Shown: positions 49,139 to 58,497 of the stretch, in pieces
How the letters are laid out: each line of letters begins with the position of its first letter
How positions within the stretch are numbered: the first letter of the stretch is position 1
Assembly: GCA_963665095.1 (NCBI GenBank)
Contig: OY762069.1
Location: 1,024,001 to 1,088,000, forward strand
Source: an uncultured Desulfobacter sp.
GTDB taxonomy: Bacteria > Desulfobacterota > Desulfobacteria > Desulfobacterales > Desulfobacteraceae
DNA length: 64,000 nt
Direction: 5' to 3'
The notes under the pieces: model-generated
What the model was told of the DNA's origin: nothing
Database searches by the model: none
What the model saw: only the letters and a program-made list of their open reading frames with translations
Made by a program: the position numbers and the translations under genes

Positions 49139-49531
49139 ATGACAAAAGAGGAACTTGAGCTGTCCGAAAGCCTTGAAGATTATCTTGAAACAATCCTTGA
49201 GCTTCAGATTACCAACACGGTTGCCAGATCTAAGGATATTGCAGAACGTCTGGATATCAAACGGGGATCAGTGACCGGCATGCTTAAAAAACTGGCTGCC
49301 CAGCAGCTTATCAATTACGAACCATACGGATATGTTACCCTGACACCCAAGGGAGAAAAAATCGCCAAGGAGATAACCACCCGGCATAATGTTTTCCGGC
49401 ATTTTTTATTCAAGCATGTGGGACTTGATGAACAGACGGCAGAAGAAACCGCATGCCGTATGGAACATGCCATGAACCGTGCCAGCTTTGCGAAATTCAA
49501 GGGTTTTGTATCAAAAATAGATGCATCATGA
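49139..49531 (+). CDS. DtxR/MntR family metal-dependent regulator
   Basis: SLEDYLETI, SVTGMLKKL, YEPYGYVTLT, EETACRMEH. Confidence 0.92.
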   Translation: MTKEELELSESLEDYLETILELQITNTVARSKDIAERLDIKRGSVTGMLKKLAAQQLINYEPYGYVTLTPKGEKIAKEITTRHNVFRHFLFKHVGLDEQTAEETACRMEHAMNRASFAKFKGFVSKIDAS

Positions 49532-49550
49532 CAGCCGGGAGCCAGGCGGT

Positions 49551-50813
49551 TCACGCCTGTGGCAATCGATGTTGACGGTGCTCGTGCCGGAACAGATACA
49601 AAAGAATACCTACGCCTGCCAGCATTATTAAGGCGGATGCCAGAAAGGATGCCTGGTAGGCAAAGAGAGCGGGCCTGCCATAGCGGATAAGACCGTCTGT
49701 CAAAGGGCCTGTTATCAGGGTACCGGATACGCCCCAGGATAAAAACAGGGCGGCATTAAAAACAGAAAACAGTTCCCCCCTGCGGTGGGCCGGAATGTAA
49801 ACAGAGGCCAGTTCATAAGAGGCTGCCATGATAATTACCTCTGTAAATCCCATTAAGAATGAACTGACGCAGATTGCGGATATATTGTCAAATACAGCCA
49901 GAAGCAATAACGCGACCCCGCCAAGAAAAGAAGAGACTGCCAGCATGGGTCTGTCTCCAAGTTCCCTGCACAGGTATCCTGTAAACATGCCGGTAATGAT
50001 CAGCCCTAAAGAGCGGATGTTAACCACATGGCTTAGTGCCAGTGCAGACAGGTTCAGGCCGGATTCAAGGGAGAGATATTGTGGAAGCGTCACAACCACT
50101 GAATTACGCCCGAAGTGGATAAACCCCATGGCAATGGTGAAAATATAAAAAATTAGAGTGCTCTTTGGACCGGCATCTTTGGCAGCATTGAATTCACAGC
50201 TTTTGTTTTTGATGCCGCCTTCAGGGACAAAGAGCATGGGAATGAGCGACACGAACATAATCACCCCGGAGACCCAGAACAGGGCACCGTCATAAAATCC
50301 CCAGCCTTCATAGGCATGCCCCATTTTATCATAGAGCAACCCACCGGATAGCACGCCGACAATCCGGCCGACGCCGCCTAAGCTTTCAAGGCGTCCCATG
50401 ACACCGCTTCTGTCTCCGGAATCATACAGATCTGATATCAATGCGCTCCAGCCTATATTGGACATGGACCAGAAAACCTCAATGACTGTCAGGCCCCAGA
50501 TCACCACCCAGCCGGCCGCTATTCCAGCCTCCGGTATTCGATGGATGTACCACAGTAAAATGGTGCCAATGCCTGCCAGCACTTCCCCCCAGATAATCAG
50601 GGAGCGTCTTTTCTGGTAACGATCGGATAAAATTCCCCAAAGATACCGCTGGGCCAGCACATTAACAATCATGGGCAGAGTGGCGAACAGCGTGGTCGCT
50701 GTCACGGAAAGCCCCATAAAATGGCACAGGTAGATGGCAAGAAAGTTGTAAAACAGCCCCCGCCGAAACATGGCCAGTATCTGAAAAGAGGATATGCAAA
50801 GAAAAATTTTCAT
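49551..50813 (-). CDS. MFS transporter
   Basis: About 12 hydrophobic segments; motif A-like WGILSDRYQKRR; second-half RRGELFSVF. Confidence 0.85.
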   Translation of the reverse strand: MKIFLCISSFQILAMFRRGLFYNFLAIYLCHFMGLSVTATTLFATLPMIVNVLAQRYLWGILSDRYQKRRSLIIWGEVLAGIGTILLWYIHRIPEAGIAAGWVVIWGLTVIEVFWSMSNIGWSALISDLYDSGDRSGVMGRLESLGGVGRIVGVLSGGLLYDKMGHAYEGWGFYDGALFWVSGVIMFVSLIPMLFVPEGGIKNKSCEFNAAKDAGPKSTLIFYIFTIAMGFIHFGRNSVVVTLPQYLSLESGLNLSALALSHVVNIRSLGLIITGMFTGYLCRELGDRPMLAVSSFLGGVALLLLAVFDNISAICVSSFLMGFTEVIIMAASYELASVYIPAHRRGELFSVFNAALFLSWGVSGTLITGPLTDGLIRYGRPALFAYQASFLASALIMLAGVGILLYLFRHEHRQHRLPQA

Positions 50814-51013
50814 GGGCACAAAGATCTACCAGCACCCAAGGCAAAGATCAATATGAATTTTATATCCCCTTACCTGCAGTCCTGATTTTATGTATCAGTA
50901 AAAAAAGCGGTCAGGTTTCCTTAGGCTTATTGATTCCTTTTGTTGCATCCGGTATAATTCCTGTCGTTTCTATCGTGTAACCTTTTATCAAAAGTTTTCC
51001 AGGTGATCTGTCA

Positions 51014-51409
51014 ATGTATGATAAAGACCAGTTAAACGCTATAGACACAGCCATTCAGACCCGTCTGATTGCTGCAGGCATTGATCATGTAATTTTCATG
51101 GATTTAAGCGGTAATGCCATCGCCAAACACAGTAACGGCAGAACAGATCTTGACGCCACCGCTTTTACAGCCCTGGCTGCAGGTAATTTTGCCGCAGTGG
51201 ATGCCATGGCCCAGCTTGTCGGCGAATCTGAATTCTCCCTGTTATTTCATAAAGGGGAGAATTTAAGTATTCATTTCAATAAAGTCACAAGCGATACCCT
51301 GCTGATTTCAATGTTTGGTAAAGAGATTTCCCTTGGGATGGTGCGTCTGAAAGTCGCTGAAACCATAGAAGAAATCATCCAGACACTCTCTGGACAGCCA
51401 ATAAATTAA
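51014..51409 (+). CDS. mglB: Roadblock/LC7 protein, MglB-like GTPase-activating protein
   Basis: ALAAGNFAA...LVGESEFSLLFHKGE..SIH...LGMVRLK; immediately upstream of mglA. Confidence 0.85.
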   Translation: MYDKDQLNAIDTAIQTRLIAAGIDHVIFMDLSGNAIAKHSNGRTDLDATAFTALAAGNFAAVDAMAQLVGESEFSLLFHKGENLSIHFNKVTSDTLLISMFGKEISLGMVRLKVAETIEEIIQTLSGQPIN

Positions 51410-51458
51410 CCTTCGCAAAAAACCGGATGTTAACCCTTCAGGAAAAGGAACATTTCAT

Positions 51459-52064
51459 TTGGCGCTCATCAATGTAAAAACCAGGGAAGTCCAGATCAAG
51501 ATCGTATACTACGGTCCTGGTCGAGGTGGGAAAACAACCAATCTGGAGTACATTAACCGCACATACAGGGAACAGATAAAAACGGAAATGGTCAGCCTGA
51601 AAACCAATGATGACCGAACACTGTTTTTTGATTTCCTTCCCTTTGATGTGGGGCAGATCAAAGGCTTTGATGTCACGATTCAGTTATATACCGTTCCCGG
51701 TCAGGTAAAGTATAACGCCACACGAAAGCTTGTACTGCGTGGTGTAGACGGTATTGTTTTTGTTGCAGACGTCCAGAAAAGCCAGAGGAAAAAAAACATC
51801 GATTCTTTAAACCAGCTGTACGAAAATCTTAAGACCTATCAGCTCGATTTATTTAAAATACCTCTGGTGATGCAGTACAATAAAGTGGATTTACGCGGGT
51901 CTGATATTGGAACCCTGGATTCAAAAACACTTCAAAAGGATCTTAACAGCCGCCTTCGGGTGCCGGCCTATGAGGCCAGTGCCGCAAACGGTGGCAATGT
52001 CATTGTTACATTGAAAAAAATTATATCCACGACACTTTCGTCCATCCAGGACCAGATATTTTAA
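51459..52064 (+). CDS. mglA: MglA-family small Ras-like GTPase
   Basis: KIVYYGPGRGGKTTNL, DRTLFFDFLP, LYTVPGQV, VDGIVFVAD, QYNKVDL; TTG start after aaggaa. Confidence 0.93.
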   Translation: MALINVKTREVQIKIVYYGPGRGGKTTNLEYINRTYREQIKTEMVSLKTNDDRTLFFDFLPFDVGQIKGFDVTIQLYTVPGQVKYNATRKLVLRGVDGIVFVADVQKSQRKKNIDSLNQLYENLKTYQLDLFKIPLVMQYNKVDLRGSDIGTLDSKTLQKDLNSRLRVPAYEASAANGGNVIVTLKKIISTTLSSIQDQIF

Positions 52065-52074
52065 GGAGAGGGAT

Positions 52075-54132
52075 TTGGATTCAGCAGATCAGATACACCA
52101 AGTCATTGAGAAGATAGGCACCGGGGTGGACAGTGCCCGGATAAAAGAGCTGGAAAGTGGCCTGGAAGCATTGAAAAAAGAAACAGGAGGCGAAAAAAAT
52201 GCCTTGTCTGTCATCAAAATGATGCTTTCTTTAACAAAATATTTAGGCGCACGTAAAGGCAAAGCCTATCCTGGAACATTACCGGCCATTGAATCTCTGG
52301 CAGGTGACGTGAATGCCATTTTGCTTGCATCACTGGCAAAGGACAAAACAAGAATCTACGCCAGGGCGTTGACGACCTTCAAATCAGTCAAATCCGACAT
52401 AGAGAGCGGAAAGGTACTATCGGATGCGGATCTTGAAGCACTTAAAGCTGTGATTCTTTCAGTGGACTGGGAGATTTCAAACATCACAATGCAGGGGTTT
52501 GATCTTGTGCTTACCCGCCTTGAAACCCAGCTAAAGGCCCGGAAAGCACATCATGCATTTTTGCGCATTATGCACCAGACAGGTACCCATATCGCCCGGC
52601 ATAAAGCCAACGCTCACAAAGATTCGATATCCTTTCTCAGATGGGTATTTCAACAGTATGAACAGCTTGTCAAACAGCCTGACATGCCGCTGGAAAACCA
52701 AAAAAAACTGGCTCAGGAGACCATCCAGGCATTCCAGGCGTTTAAACGTAAAATAGATGCAAACTGTGATCTGGGACAAGCACCGTCACCTCCGGAAAAA
52801 ACACCGCCCTTAAATGCGCCACCGCCAGGCCGGGCGCCTGAACTGCCCATTGAGAGTCTGGAATATGAAACGGAAGAGTCCTTTATCCCTGCGCTTTCAG
52901 ATACAGGCCCGGATACCGGCACCCAGGATGAGGCGACTCTGGTTACGCTGGATGATCCTTATTCCGACCCGGCTTCAGGGGCTGCTGTCGGGGGCGGCGT
53001 TTCCGCCGTTAAACCCCCTGATTCCCCGCCCAAAGACGTTATGGGGGACCTCTTCTCTCTAAAAGAGTCTCCGGCAGATGAGCTTCTTGATGCCATCCAT
53101 CTGGCAAATGTGCACGGCCCTGGCCAGGAAAACGCCGCTGCCATCCCTGGAATGATGGGTGCAAAGGAAAAACAGGCTGGAATGCAGGAGTTTATCCCAC
53201 AACGACAGGGCAGTGACCCCATACCTGAAATTGAACAGCGGCTGGATGATTTTTTCAACTTAAATGTATCGGACATGACACCGGCGCAAGGGGATGCTTT
53301 GACAGAAGATGAAGGGATTAATGATCAGACAGATCCCTTTAAAACAGACGCAGAACCGGACTTCGTCCCACTGACCGTGGATAGTGATCTGTCTGAAGAT
53401 GATGAACTGCCCACCGAGCCACTTGATTTTTCAAACGATCTGATTCCGGATGCAGGCGACGGATATCCGGCTGATGATATTGCTTTGGATGCGGCCCCAG
53501 ACAGTTCGGAAAATACTTTATTGCCAGGATCTTCCTTAAAACCGGCTTTGGAAGAGCAGATAACCGGTGAAGAACAAAGCTTTATTTTTGAAGACCTTCT
53601 TGGCCTGCTAAACCATCTTGAAGACCTCTCCAGTCCGTCAATTCTGGCTGACATCCAGGATAAAATTGCCCGGCTTAAAGATTTGTGGATAGACATAGAG
53701 GATAAAACACAGCTTTTGGACGCTATGTCCGCCATGGCGGATTTCATACACCAGCAGCGCCGTTTGGATGCCGGCGTTGAAAATAGACTGCCGTATGCAT
53801 CTGATTGTGCGGATGACAATTTTTTCGGCACAAAAACTGCAGACACAAAACCTGAGATGAAAATTAACGAAACGTCCGGAACAGAACCGATTGATGAAAT
53901 TTTGGTCTCTGATTATTTTGAAGAACAGAATCCTGACGCAGACCCAGCTTTTACCGCCCCCAAAAAACAAGATGTTCCGTCGGGCATGAAAACCGATGCG
54001 GGGCAAGCAGACAACATGTCCCAGGAGAATACCAGTTCTTTTAATGAATCAGAAAAGCCCCATGGACTTGAATCCCCCCCCCGGAGGAAAAAAGGCTTTT
54101 TTGCCCGGCTAAGAGACAAATTCCGGGGATAG
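52075..54132 (+). CDS. Hypothetical protein: helical repeats, long acidic/Pro-rich low-complexity region, amphipathic C-terminal tail
   Basis: 685-aa ORF with aaggag RBS, 10 bp after mglA; LKAVILSVDWEIS segment; D/E/P-rich middle; ends KKGFFARLRDKFRG. Confidence 0.8.
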   Translation: MDSADQIHQVIEKIGTGVDSARIKELESGLEALKKETGGEKNALSVIKMMLSLTKYLGARKGKAYPGTLPAIESLAGDVNAILLASLAKDKTRIYARALTTFKSVKSDIESGKVLSDADLEALKAVILSVDWEISNITMQGFDLVLTRLETQLKARKAHHAFLRIMHQTGTHIARHKANAHKDSISFLRWVFQQYEQLVKQPDMPLENQKKLAQETIQAFQAFKRKIDANCDLGQAPSPPEKTPPLNAPPPGRAPELPIESLEYETEESFIPALSDTGPDTGTQDEATLVTLDDPYSDPASGAAVGGGVSAVKPPDSPPKDVMGDLFSLKESPADELLDAIHLANVHGPGQENAAAIPGMMGAKEKQAGMQEFIPQRQGSDPIPEIEQRLDDFFNLNVSDMTPAQGDALTEDEGINDQTDPFKTDAEPDFVPLTVDSDLSEDDELPTEPLDFSNDLIPDAGDGYPADDIALDAAPDSSENTLLPGSSLKPALEEQITGEEQSFIFEDLLGLLNHLEDLSSPSILADIQDKIARLKDLWIDIEDKTQLLDAMSAMADFIHQQRRLDAGVENRLPYASDCADDNFFGTKTADTKPEMKINETSGTEPIDEILVSDYFEEQNPDADPAFTAPKKQDVPSGMKTDAGQADNMSQENTSSFNESEKPHGLESPPRRKKGFFARLRDKFRG

Positions 54133-54133
54133 A

Positions 54134-54610
54134 ATGATTTTATTCTGTGAAGAGTGCGGGGCAAAAAACGACACCGGCATTGATGCGATCATCCAGGAAC
54201 GGGCTGTTTTTACTTGCACAGTATGCGGATATCAAAATGATTATCGGTTGCCTGAATATCGGACCCCAGGAAAAATAAAAAATAAAGAGCGCTTATTTAA
54301 GGCCGTCAAGAAGGACCCGCGGATAATCGGGGCCTTTATTTATGATATAAGGAAAGGGATCACCCGCACGTGCATGCCGGAGCTGCTCATGCCTGAAGAC
54401 ATTCACAGCTTAGGATGGCGGCTTGCACGGGGATTTGACAAAGGGCTCTCATCCATGCCCGATATCTGCAGCATGCAAGTGGTGATAGCAGATAAATATT
54501 TTTTTATGAGTAAAAAAGAGGGTGGAAAATACCTGGTGCTGGTGACTGTGACCCCGAGCCTGCCGGCATCGGTTTCCAGATTTTTCTGCCAGTGGACACA
54601 GGAACTTTGA
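54134..54610 (+). CDS. Zinc-ribbon plus roadblock-like domain protein
   Basis: CEECG-x17-CTVCG at the N-terminus; C-terminal part follows a roadblock-like pattern (IIGAFIYD..G...helix...QVVIADKYFF...YLVLVT). Confidence 0.6.
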   Translation: MILFCEECGAKNDTGIDAIIQERAVFTCTVCGYQNDYRLPEYRTPGKIKNKERLFKAVKKDPRIIGAFIYDIRKGITRTCMPELLMPEDIHSLGWRLARGFDKGLSSMPDICSMQVVIADKYFFMSKKEGGKYLVLVTVTPSLPASVSRFFCQWTQEL

Positions 54611-54618
54611 ATTTTGAT

Positions 54619-54951
54619 ATGGATACTCTTTTGTCAGACATTGGCCGGCTGGATGGGGTAAATGGCGGCCTGATTACAGACCAGAACGGAACCGCACTTT
54701 TTAAAAGCATTGAAGCTGGAAATCAATTATCCAGAAGTATTGCTGCCTGCGCAAATACGTTTTTATCAATTAGCGCCAGACAATTCAAATATGCCGTTTT
54801 TTCAAGAAAAAACAATACACAGGTGCTGATTTTCCCTTTTGGTTCCAACTACTTTCTGGCGGTCTTCAGACACGCTGCCGGAAGACATCAGGAGACAGAC
54901 CTGATCGCAGGAAGAATTATTGCCATGCTGGCACAAAGTAAAATTCAATAA
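54619..54951 (+). CDS. Roadblock/LC7-like protein
   Basis: LLSDIGRLDGVNGGLITDQNG...helix...QVLIFPFGSNYFLAVF pattern; start uncertain (54592 or 54619). Confidence 0.65.
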   Translation: MDTLLSDIGRLDGVNGGLITDQNGTALFKSIEAGNQLSRSIAACANTFLSISARQFKYAVFSRKNNTQVLIFPFGSNYFLAVFRHAAGRHQETDLIAGRIIAMLAQSKIQ

Positions 54952-54963
54952 CTGGGAGATAAT

Positions 54964-55239
54964 ATGGCCACACAAATGATCATATCGGTTTTTACACTTT
55001 TAATTTATTTGATTATTATTTTCGTATTCAACAAGGCCCGGAAAAAATATTCCGGCGGCAGGGTTGGCAAGGTTATTACGCTGATTCTTGTAACGGTCTG
55101 CCTGTTGTTCATCGCAGATTATGTTGTTATTCTAAGCAGCTTTATAGATCGTGATATTCTTGAGACGATCAGGGCTCTCTTCAGAACAGCAGCCCTGTCT
55201 TTCCTGGCCTATGGGGGATCAAAGGTGGCAGACTCCTGA
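54964..55239 (+). CDS. Small membrane protein (about 3 TM helices)
   Basis: 91 aa, three hydrophobic segments, ggag RBS, last gene of the mgl run. Confidence 0.75.
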   Translation: MATQMIISVFTLLIYLIIIFVFNKARKKYSGGRVGKVITLILVTVCLLFIADYVVILSSFIDRDILETIRALFRTAALSFLAYGGSKVADS

Positions 55240-55308
55240 AGACGTTATTCAGGCACCTTTTGTATTGACCTGTGACCTGCTGTCACCAGGGCCTGAAAAA
55301 CATAAGGA

Positions 55309-56541
55309 TCAGGAAAAAAATGGAAACAGGCCTTTTTTCTGTTTTTCCGGTGTTGCGCTGATATTTAAATCTGACCGTATCTGGCTGATCAGCGACCGAA
55401 TATCATTGACAAGCCGGTCCTTTTCTTCAGAACCGCTTTGATACTGATTAATATACCCCACTATTTTTTCAATATCTGCCAGGGTATTGTTCAGGGGTTG
55501 CCCGCCAAGTATGCTCCCTGCTTTTATTAATATAAGCCTGCACCAGGAAATAAATCCGGAAATTATAAATCCCTTTGCATCCTCCGGCATGGGATCAAGT
55601 TCAGACATAATGGATTCCACAGCGTGCAGATTATTATTTTTAGTATTTGATATGTCAAATTTTGAAAAAACCTTGTGAAAATCTCCGGGCAGTTCTGTTT
55701 TGGTTTCACTGAATATTTCCAAAGCCCTGTCCCCGATCTCTGCGGAAAGATTTTTGGCCACAGCGTTAAGAATATCATTGAACACGGTAAGAGCCCCGGA
55801 AAGACTGGAGTCATCTTCCCCACTGGCAAGAATCACCTCATCCTTCTGCTCAATGAGTCCAGAGGAGATCACTGAAAATAAAATTTTGTATACTGCAAAT
55901 TCATCATAGCCGCTCTCCCTGATAACTTCACGCACGGACCGGGCACCGTCAATAAGGGAAAGAACCCGCCATTCGTTGGCGTTGAGTTTGATTTCCTCTT
56001 TACTGTGGACCTTACCGGACATTTTAAAAACCAGCTTATCTGATGGAATCACCTTTCGAAGCACAGAGAGTTCATCAATACGACGGGAGGCCTCTAAAAT
56101 CAGTTTCATGGGATTGAGCTGGGTGACGATCATATTGCTCAGATTCAGCCTGGCATCTTTATACTCAAACTGTCCCTTTTCCCAGAGCAGAAGATCATAA
56201 AGTATCACTTCAACCTGTTTGTTATAGTACTTTTTCAAGGTGTCGTGGGAAATATAGCCTTTCTGCACCAGAACCTTACCCAAATGCAATTTATTTTCCC
56301 GGGCAAAGGCAAGACACTTGGAGAGCTGCTGTCCGGATATAATCCCTGCATTTTGAAGTAAAAACCCTAACCGGGCCTGTTTTAAGGGAGAAGTTGCATA
56401 TACAATTGTACCCTGATCAAAAAACACCCGGCTGGTATCTTCACCGTTTGTCACGGTGAGAATACCAGTTTTTTGATCATTGCATAAAAGCTGGAGAATA
56501 CTTGCCAGTGTCAGACCTTCAAAGTCGCCTTGAAGATTCAT
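55309..56541 (-). CDS. DUF4388 (PATAN-like) domain protein
   Basis: LQGDFEGLTLASILQLL...KTGILTV...VFFDQGTIVYA, RLGFLL...LGKVLV..GYI, LLLWEKGQFEY, LILEASRRIDE, EWRVLSLIDG.RSV. Confidence 0.85.
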   Translation of the reverse strand: MNLQGDFEGLTLASILQLLCNDQKTGILTVTNGEDTSRVFFDQGTIVYATSPLKQARLGFLLQNAGIISGQQLSKCLAFARENKLHLGKVLVQKGYISHDTLKKYYNKQVEVILYDLLLWEKGQFEYKDARLNLSNMIVTQLNPMKLILEASRRIDELSVLRKVIPSDKLVFKMSGKVHSKEEIKLNANEWRVLSLIDGARSVREVIRESGYDEFAVYKILFSVISSGLIEQKDEVILASGEDDSSLSGALTVFNDILNAVAKNLSAEIGDRALEIFSETKTELPGDFHKVFSKFDISNTKNNNLHAVESIMSELDPMPEDAKGFIISGFISWCRLILIKAGSILGGQPLNNTLADIEKIVGYINQYQSGSEEKDRLVNDIRSLISQIRSDLNISATPEKQKKGLFPFFS

Positions 56542-56976
56542 GCGCCCCTATCCTTTTTTTGACCTGTTGAAAAGGCATACCTGACGATTAAATTCGGTCA
56601 TATCTTCAGGTAAAACCTTATAGAACAGTACTATGTCATAAACCCTTGGGTCAAATACAATCTGTTTGTATTTTATGAATTCAGCAAAGAAATCGCTGCA
56701 GATATCCTTCTTATGTCAATAGCCGGGATTAAATTCTGCCTGCAATGCGGCCAGATGTTACCAAGACCCTGTCGGATGAATTGATTCATGATTTGTGCCA
56801 GGACTGATTTGATATCCGGGGGATTGAAAATGGAAGAATCAGACACTATTGTTTATAATAGCAATGGCCGGATAACGACCAAATAGTGATATTTAATCAC
56901 TTCATAACTGAATATCACATATATTAATAAACGGTCACTATGAAATTTGTGGCCGTCAAATTTTTTAAGGATGATT

Positions 56977-57522
56977 ATGAACGGCGATTCCCATCACTTG
57001 ATTTTAGGGGAACTCGAGGATTTTTTAAGCGGAAAGACGGTTACGGACACCCATGATGAACGGTACCGTCAGAAAATCGCCCGCCATCTGGTGGTAACCC
57101 TGGGGTTCAATAAAAATGATATTGAAGCAGGCCGTGAACTGACAATTCAAACAGGCGGACGCACCGCAGATGTCAGGATTGATTTTCTGGTATATCAGAA
57201 CAATCGTGTTGTGATGATGATCAAATATGCGCCCGGCTCCCTGGTCACCCGCCGCCTGTCAACAAGGGCATTATCCAGACTGGTTTTTGATTACCAGATT
57301 CCTTTTGCAGTTATAACCAATGGCGAGGACGCCGAACTGATTTCAGCAAAAACAGGCGAGGTTGCGGGCCAGGGCCTTTCTGCCATTCCAGGCCCGGAAC
57401 ACCCGATGTTAAAAAAAGTGTCAGATATCCTGGATAAAGTCCCCCGAAAAATGGCAGATCAGGCTGCAAAAATAGTTATTGCCTGTGAGGTGGATGGGTC
57501 CTGCATGATGGAAAATCGTTGA
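56977..57522 (+). CDS. Stand-alone HsdR N-terminal-like (PD-(D/E)xK fold) protein
   Basis: DERYRQKIARHLV..LGF....IE, RIDFLV, FAVITNGED; no helicase domain. Start uncertain. Confidence 0.7.
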   Translation: MNGDSHHLILGELEDFLSGKTVTDTHDERYRQKIARHLVVTLGFNKNDIEAGRELTIQTGGRTADVRIDFLVYQNNRVVMMIKYAPGSLVTRRLSTRALSRLVFDYQIPFAVITNGEDAELISAKTGEVAGQGLSAIPGPEHPMLKKVSDILDKVPRKMADQAAKIVIACEVDGSCMMENR

Positions 57523-57632
57523 CTCTTGCATTGAATCTGGGAAGTCAAATATGTTAACGTCAGAAATGTCTTTGTATTTTATCACCAGCAAAATAAGCAA
57601 CGTTTTATTAAAAAAGCCTTAAGGACCCGATC

Positions 57633-58496
57633 ATGACGCAAAAGGCTGTATTGTCGAAACCATTTATTCTTTTGACCGCTGTAATGGTCATCCTGACTAC
57701 TGTATCACCGGCATCGGCCGGGAGTACATTTACCAATACACTTGGGATGAGATTTGTTCTAATTCCGGCAGGTTCTTTTACCATGGGAAGTCCGGAAGAG
57801 GAAATGGGGCGGCAAAAGGATGAAAAACAGCACCGGGTGGTCATTTCAAAAAGCTTTTACATGCTGGAAACCGAAGTGACTCAGGGACATTGGGACAGTC
57901 TTGCCACCCCCAACCCATCTGCTTTTAAACTAGGACCGTATTACCCTGTGGACACTGTGTCCTGGCATGAAGCAGTCACCTTTATCCAGTATCTGAATAA
58001 ATATGAAGAGACCACCAGATACAGACTTCCCACGGAAGCCGAATGGGAATATGCCTGCAGGGCCGGCAGCACAACGGCATTCAGTTCAGGACGCGTCACT
58101 ATATTTTCCTGCAAGGAGCCGGAGCCTGCACTTACCAATCATGCCTGGTACTGCTATAATTCCGGAGATATCTCTCCGGCCGGAAACTTTAAACCCCACC
58201 CGGTCAAACTGCTCAAACCCAACAGATGGGGACTGTATGACATGCACGGCAATGTCCAGGAGTGGGTGCAGGATGCCTGTGAATGGAAAAGCTTATGGAG
58301 TGCCGGCACAGGTACTTATACGGATACCTATGTTGACAATATTACAGATCCCCTGGAAACAAAGGGCTCACACCGGGTGGTCAGGGGTGGCGGATGGCAC
58401 CAGAACAGCAAGTATCAAAGATGTGCCTACCGTACCAACTATAAGCCCATGGCCAGACGAAACAGCTTGGGCTTCAGGATCGTCCGGATGCCGTAA
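57633..58496 (+). CDS. Formylglycine-generating enzyme (FGE-sulfatase) domain protein, secreted
   Basis: Signal peptide; FTMGSP, TEVTQ, YRLPTEAEWEYACRAG, NRWGLYDMHGNVQEW, RGGGW, GFRIV. Confidence 0.9.
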   Translation: MTQKAVLSKPFILLTAVMVILTTVSPASAGSTFTNTLGMRFVLIPAGSFTMGSPEEEMGRQKDEKQHRVVISKSFYMLETEVTQGHWDSLATPNPSAFKLGPYYPVDTVSWHEAVTFIQYLNKYEETTRYRLPTEAEWEYACRAGSTTAFSSGRVTIFSCKEPEPALTNHAWYCYNSGDISPAGNFKPHPVKLLKPNRWGLYDMHGNVQEWVQDACEWKSLWSAGTGTYTDTYVDNITDPLETKGSHRVVRGGGWHQNSKYQRCAYRTNYKPMARRNSLGFRIVRMP

Positions 58497-58497
58497 C

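Noticed and set aside
56713..56810. Tiny Cys-containing reading frames (KFCLQCG; HDLCQD) in the intergenic region
   Set aside because: Under 25 aa, in different frames, no RBS; cannot be separated from noise.
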